Shown here: positions 60,826 through 64,000 of the stretch, piece after piece
How the letters are laid out: each line of letters begins with the position of its first letter
Numbering within the stretch: the stretch's first letter is position 1
Assembly (NCBI RefSeq): GCF_000026545.1
Contig: NC_011601.1
Direction: 5' to 3' (one strand)
Source of the DNA: Escherichia coli O127:H6 str. E2348/69
GTDB taxonomy: Bacteria; Pseudomonadota; Gammaproteobacteria; Enterobacterales; Enterobacteriaceae
Length of the DNA: 64,000 bases
Made by a program: the position numbers and the translations under genes
Notes under the pieces: model-generated
Seen by the model: the letters and a program-made list of their open reading frames with translations, nothing else
Databases searched by the model: none
Told to the model about the DNA's origin: nothing

Positions 60826-61422
60826 ATGAAAAGTATTTATGACATAAGACGCAAAAACCTTAACGAAATCATTCGCCGGGATTTCGATGACACCCAGTTA
60901 CGCTTTGCAGAACGGGTGAAGCGTTCGCAGAACCTGGTCAACAGGTGGTGTACTGGTATCAAAAATATCGGACCTAATGCCGCGCGTATCATCGAAGAAG
61001 CAGCCCGCAAAGAAAAGTTCTGGCTTGATGTCGATCACGAACTGGACGCAGTACAGGATGATATCTTTATTCCGGCCACTGAAGATGGAGAATGGACTGT
61101 AGAGAAGCAGGCCGCCGCCACGCTCAATGCCTGGATGAGAAAGAACAGTGAAATGACATCCGAAAAGAAAGTTGCTGTTGCAGCTGGCATTGGACCTGCC
61201 ACCGTTAACCGCATCATGAAAGCGGAAGTCAGCACAACCATCGGCGTTCTTTCCTCCCTGGCGCGCGCGTTCGGGCATGAAGCATACGAGATGATTATTC
61301 CCGTCGGCTCACCTGGTGTTATCGACTATGACCACCGGATGTATGCAGCCCTGCCACAGGAAGAGAAAAACAAGATCACCTCATTCATCAACTTCGTGTT
61401 TGAGCAGAACAAAAGCAAGTAA
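60826..61422 (+). CDS. Prophage maintenance repressor (CI-like) with two HTH_3/XRE-type domains and no S24 peptidase domain
   Basis: 198 aa. HTH 1 is TQLRFAERVKRSQNLVNRWCTG. HTH 2 is SEKKVAVAAGIGPATVNRIMKAE. Divergent from cro across the operators. No Ala-Gly/Ser-Lys autocleavage module. Confidence 0.7.
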   Translation: MKSIYDIRRKNLNEIIRRDFDDTQLRFAERVKRSQNLVNRWCTGIKNIGPNAARIIEEAARKEKFWLDVDHELDAVQDDIFIPATEDGEWTVEKQAAATLNAWMRKNSEMTSEKKVAVAAGIGPATVNRIMKAEVSTTIGVLSSLARAFGHEAYEMIIPVGSPGVIDYDHRMYAALPQEEKNKITSFINFVFEQNKSK

Positions 61423-61479
61423 TCCCCCGCCATTCTGACGCTTTACCTGCCCAATGGCGGTAGGCTCACGCCTCACTCA

Positions 61480-61634
61480 ATTACCAAAATGGTAATTTTT
61501 TCTCGTCATACCTATTGACACAATCACTTTTTGATCTGATTATTACCTAAAAGGTAATACAAGAGCGCATTGCTCAGGCAGAAACCACCACTTCGTGGCT
61601 TTCCTGTATCTACTAGTATTACCAAAATGGTAAT
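61480..61634. promoter_or_regulatory. Left operator cluster (three perfect sites) with rightward PL-like promoter
   Basis: ATTACC-AAAAT-GGTAAT (61480-96), ATTACC-TAAAA-GGTAAT (61542-58), ATTACC-AAAAT-GGTAAT (61618-34). -35 TTGACA at 61515-20, -10 GATTAT at 61538-43. Confidence 0.7.
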
Positions 61635-61646
61635 AGCGAGGTTTGT

Positions 61647-61796
61647 ATGCAGTGGAAAATCATCAACGGTTGGTACTGCGTTACAGCTTGCGGGCTGATG
61701 AGCTGGAAGTTCCGCACGCTGGGTGAAGCAATGAACTGGGTATTCGTCAGCAAGCTGGCGGTAAAAACAGAAATGGATATGGGGGTGAGCAAGTGA
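61647..61796 (+). CDS. 49-aa first gene of the PL-like operon (unannotated small ORF)
   Basis: ATG behind GAGG. MQWKIINGWYCVTACGLMSWKFRTLGEAMNWVFVSKLAVKTEMDMGVSK. GTGA overlap with the next gene. Confidence 0.4.
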   Translation: MQWKIINGWYCVTACGLMSWKFRTLGEAMNWVFVSKLAVKTEMDMGVSK

Positions 61797-62752
61797 GCGA
61801 ATTAGCAATTATCGAAATTGCGCCGGACATGGCGCCAAGTATTTACGTAGAAAACGGTCTGGAAAAGTTCCTCGAACAGATCCGCGAAAGCGTTAAGGAA
61901 GTTCCTGACCTGAGTACTGCCAAAGGTCGTGCCCGCATTGCATCTCTGGCAGCACAGGTTTCTCGCAGTAAAACAGCAGTTGAAAAGCCTGGCCGCGATT
62001 ACCTTCGTCATCTGAAAGAAGCCGTCAAACCTGCTGAGGCTGAACTTCGTCGATTTGTATCAGCTTGCGATGAGATGCGCGATGAAGTTCGCCGCCCGCT
62101 TACCGAATGGGAAGCAGAACAAGAACGCATCAAGGCAGAAGAAGCCATGAACGCGATGCACGTCGAAGCGCTGGAGATGAACATTAAGTTCGACCAGGAG
62201 CTGGCGGCCAAGTTCGAAGCAGATCACGAAATGGCATTGCTGATGAATGACGCATTCGACCGCGAAGCGAAGGCGAAAGCAGAAGAAGCAGAACGCCAGC
62301 GCATTGCTCATGAAGAAGAGTTGAAGCGCCAGTCAGAAGAAAAGGCCAAGCGTGAAGCTGAAGAGAAAATCGAACGCGAACGCGCTGAATCTGCACGTCG
62401 CGAGGCTGAATTAAAGTTCAAGGCTGAGCAAGCAGAGCGTGACCGTATTGCCGCAGAGCAAAAAGCTGAAGCAGAGAAGAAGGAAGCCGCTGATCGTGCC
62501 GAGCGCGAAAAGCAGGAAGCTATCGCAGCCGAACAACGCAAAGCCGAAGCAAAAGATGCTGCTCGCCTGGCTGAAGAGAAGCGAATCGCTGATGAAGCTG
62601 CAGCGCGCGCCGCTGATGTAGAGCATCGTCGCGCTATTAATGCCTCTGCTGTTCAGGCTCTGATCGAGCAGGGCATTCCAGAAGACTGGGCCAAAGCCTG
62701 CGTAGTCGCTATCGCTCGCGGGAAAGTTCCGGCAACAACCATCAACTACTGA
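61793..62752 (+). CDS. 319-aa protein with long Glu/Ala/Lys/Arg coiled coil (recombination-module accessory, function unknown)
   Basis: GTG start. Low-complexity AEEKAKREAEEKIERERAE.. central region explains the many antisense ORFs in the track. Confidence 0.6.
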   Translation: MSELAIIEIAPDMAPSIYVENGLEKFLEQIRESVKEVPDLSTAKGRARIASLAAQVSRSKTAVEKPGRDYLRHLKEAVKPAEAELRRFVSACDEMRDEVRRPLTEWEAEQERIKAEEAMNAMHVEALEMNIKFDQELAAKFEADHEMALLMNDAFDREAKAKAEEAERQRIAHEEELKRQSEEKAKREAEEKIERERAESARREAELKFKAEQAERDRIAAEQKAEAEKKEAADRAEREKQEAIAAEQRKAEAKDAARLAEEKRIADEAAARAADVEHRRAINASAVQALIEQGIPEDWAKACVVAIARGKVPATTINY

Positions 62753-62753
62753 G

Positions 62754-63062
62754 GTGGCTATGCACATTCAGCAATTCAATAACCTGAAAAAAATAGCCGC
62801 TCAGTTCAGCAGCGACTACCAGCTGTCATCAGAACTGTATGACCGCCACGTTGAGCTGATCGAAGCAGTCGCTGGTTGCGAAATGGAAGAGTCATTCAAA
62901 CGCGCCATTCTCCGTGCCGGTGTTCGCTATGAAGTTCTGGAGGCGGCATTTGAAAGTGATGATTTCGAAGAGCTGATGTCGTCATTCAAACGTGAATTGA
63001 CTGGCGTCATCGCACGTCTTGACCTTGCTGACCAGATCGACAGCAAAAGGAATGCAGCATGA
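62754..63062 (+). CDS. 102-aa acidic protein of unknown function
   Basis: Tightly packed between the coiled-coil gene and the exonuclease gene. Confidence 0.5.
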   Translation: MAMHIQQFNNLKKIAAQFSSDYQLSSELYDRHVELIEAVAGCEMEESFKRAILRAGVRYEVLEAAFESDDFEELMSSFKRELTGVIARLDLADQIDSKRNAA

Positions 63063-63880
63063 ATACCGGTATCTATTTCGACATCAGCAATGAGGACTAC
63101 CACGACGGTGACGGAGTGAGTAAGTCACAACTGGATATGGTAGCCAAGAACCCTGCCCTTCTGAAATGGGTCAAGGCAGCGCCGGAAGATGAAGAGAAAA
63201 AATCGGCACTGGACATGGGTACCGCCCTGCACTGCCTGCTACTGGAGCCGAAGGAATTCGATAAGCGTTTCATCGTGGCGCCACAGTTCAACCGCCGCAC
63301 AAATCAGGGAAAAGCAGACGAAGAAGCATTCCTGAAAGACGTTGCCGACATGGGTATGACGGTGATGGATGCCGAGCAGGGCCGGAAGCTGAAACTGATG
63401 CGCGACAGCGCAATGGCTCACCCGGCGGCGCGCTGGATGCTGGAAGCGCCAGGACACTGTGAAGCATCGATGTACTGGAATGACGAAGATACTGGCGAAC
63501 TGTGCCGAATCCGTCCGGATAAATGGCTGAACGAGCACAACGTGATCGTCGATGTGAAAAAGGTTGCAGACATGGATCGCTTTGCCCGTCACATCGAGGA
63601 ATTCCGCTACCACGTCCAGGACGCCATGTACCGCGAAGGCGCACTGAAAGTAACCGGGCAGCCACACGGATTCTTCTTTCTGGCTGTGAGCGAAACCATC
63701 GACTGCGGTCGATACCCTGTCCGCGTGTTCGAGCTGGATGCGCCAGATGTTGACGCCGGGCATCAGTTATTCCGCCGGGATCTGAACACCTATCACGAAT
63801 GCCGCATCAGCGATGAATGGGGCGGCGTGGAAATTATTAAACGCCCTGAATGGGCACGAAAACAGGATATGTACGTATGA
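63059..63880 (+). CDS. PD-(D/E)XK recombination exonuclease (RecE C-terminal domain-like)
   Basis: 273 aa. N-terminal GIYFDISNEDYH..GVSKSQL and D..DVKK motifs typical of this family. Followed by a RecT-like gene. Confidence 0.7.
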   Translation: MNTGIYFDISNEDYHDGDGVSKSQLDMVAKNPALLKWVKAAPEDEEKKSALDMGTALHCLLLEPKEFDKRFIVAPQFNRRTNQGKADEEAFLKDVADMGMTVMDAEQGRKLKLMRDSAMAHPAARWMLEAPGHCEASMYWNDEDTGELCRIRPDKWLNEHNVIVDVKKVADMDRFARHIEEFRYHVQDAMYREGALKVTGQPHGFFFLAVSETIDCGRYPVRVFELDAPDVDAGHQLFRRDLNTYHECRISDEWGGVEIIKRPEWARKQDMYV

Positions 63881-64000
63881 GCAACGATATCGCAATCACA
63901 TCACAGCCAGGCGCTACCGTAGGGACAGCGGCTGCAATATTCAGTCCTGAGGGTATGGACCGCCTGGTACGTTTCGCAACCCTGATGGCAGACAGTAAAG
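63877..64000 (+). CDS. RecT-like single-strand annealing protein, N-terminal 41 codons (truncated by window end)
   Basis: ATGA overlap with the exonuclease stop. ..MDRLVRFATLMADSK resembles the N-terminal FAELMA motif of phage RecT proteins (recollection). Confidence 0.45.
   Translation, partial: MSNDIAITSQPGATVGTAAAIFSPEGMDRLVRFATLMADSK

Larger units (their letters stand above)
28250..64000. mobile_element. Temperate podovirus-like prophage (epsilon15/phiV10-like organisation), partial; integrase-proximal end beyond window
   Basis: Contiguous lysis, cargo, tailspike, ejection, tail tube, capsid, portal, terminase, replication, immunity and recombination modules. Starts at the guaA 3'-end junction. 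Confidence 0.92.

Noticed and set aside
60807-60842. Upstream ATG at 60807 as an alternative cI start
   Set aside because: It is out of frame with the 198-aa ORF and terminates after 11 codons.
61802-62767. Cluster of six antisense/alternate-frame ORFs (61802..62011, 62008..62211, 62060..62311, 62184..62396, 62308..62541, 62411..62767)
   Set aside because: They are artefacts of the GAA/GCA/AAG-rich low-complexity coiled-coil coding sequence of the 319-aa gene, which keeps several frames open.

Overview
Escherichia coli-type chromosome in two parts. (1) 1-28.2 kb is a conserved housekeeping block: acrD(3' part)-ypfM-yffB-dapE-ypfN-ypfH-tmcA-ypfJ-purC-bamC-dapA-gcvR-bcp-perM-bepA-yfgD-hda-uraA-upp-purM-purN-ppk-ppx-pdeF(yfgF)-yfgG-yfgH-yfgI, with REP elements, PurR boxes and intrinsic terminators. 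As I recall K-12, it is colinear except that the hyf-focB cluster between bcp and perM is absent here (98-bp junction). (2) From about 28.25 kb to the window end is more than 35.7 kb of a temperate podovirus-like prophage inserted at the extreme 3' end of guaA. The integrase end lies outside the window. Gene order resembles my recollection of epsilon15/phiV10. It runs spanins-endolysin-two holins, low-GC cargo (lipoprotein + AT3 acyltransferase), tailspike, three giant ejection proteins, and a T7-like tail tube pair. Then come capsid, scaffold, portal, terminase, lambda O/P-type replication, cro/cI immunity and an exo/RecT recombination module. The most unusual content is a 1.35-kb reverse-oriented island between terL and the portal block. 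It holds about 750 nt of ORF-free, heavily structured sequence with a tRNA-like module ending in CCA and two hairpins sharing an identical 13-nt loop. An intrinsic terminator follows, and 12 nt later a 143-aa zinc-ribbon protein gene starts. The prophage also carries a dispersed network of 17-bp ATTACC-N5-GGTAAT repressor operators (7 perfect copies, several outside the immunity region). Two further recurrent palindrome families are present. All functional calls rest on reading the translations, motifs and synteny; no database search was possible.
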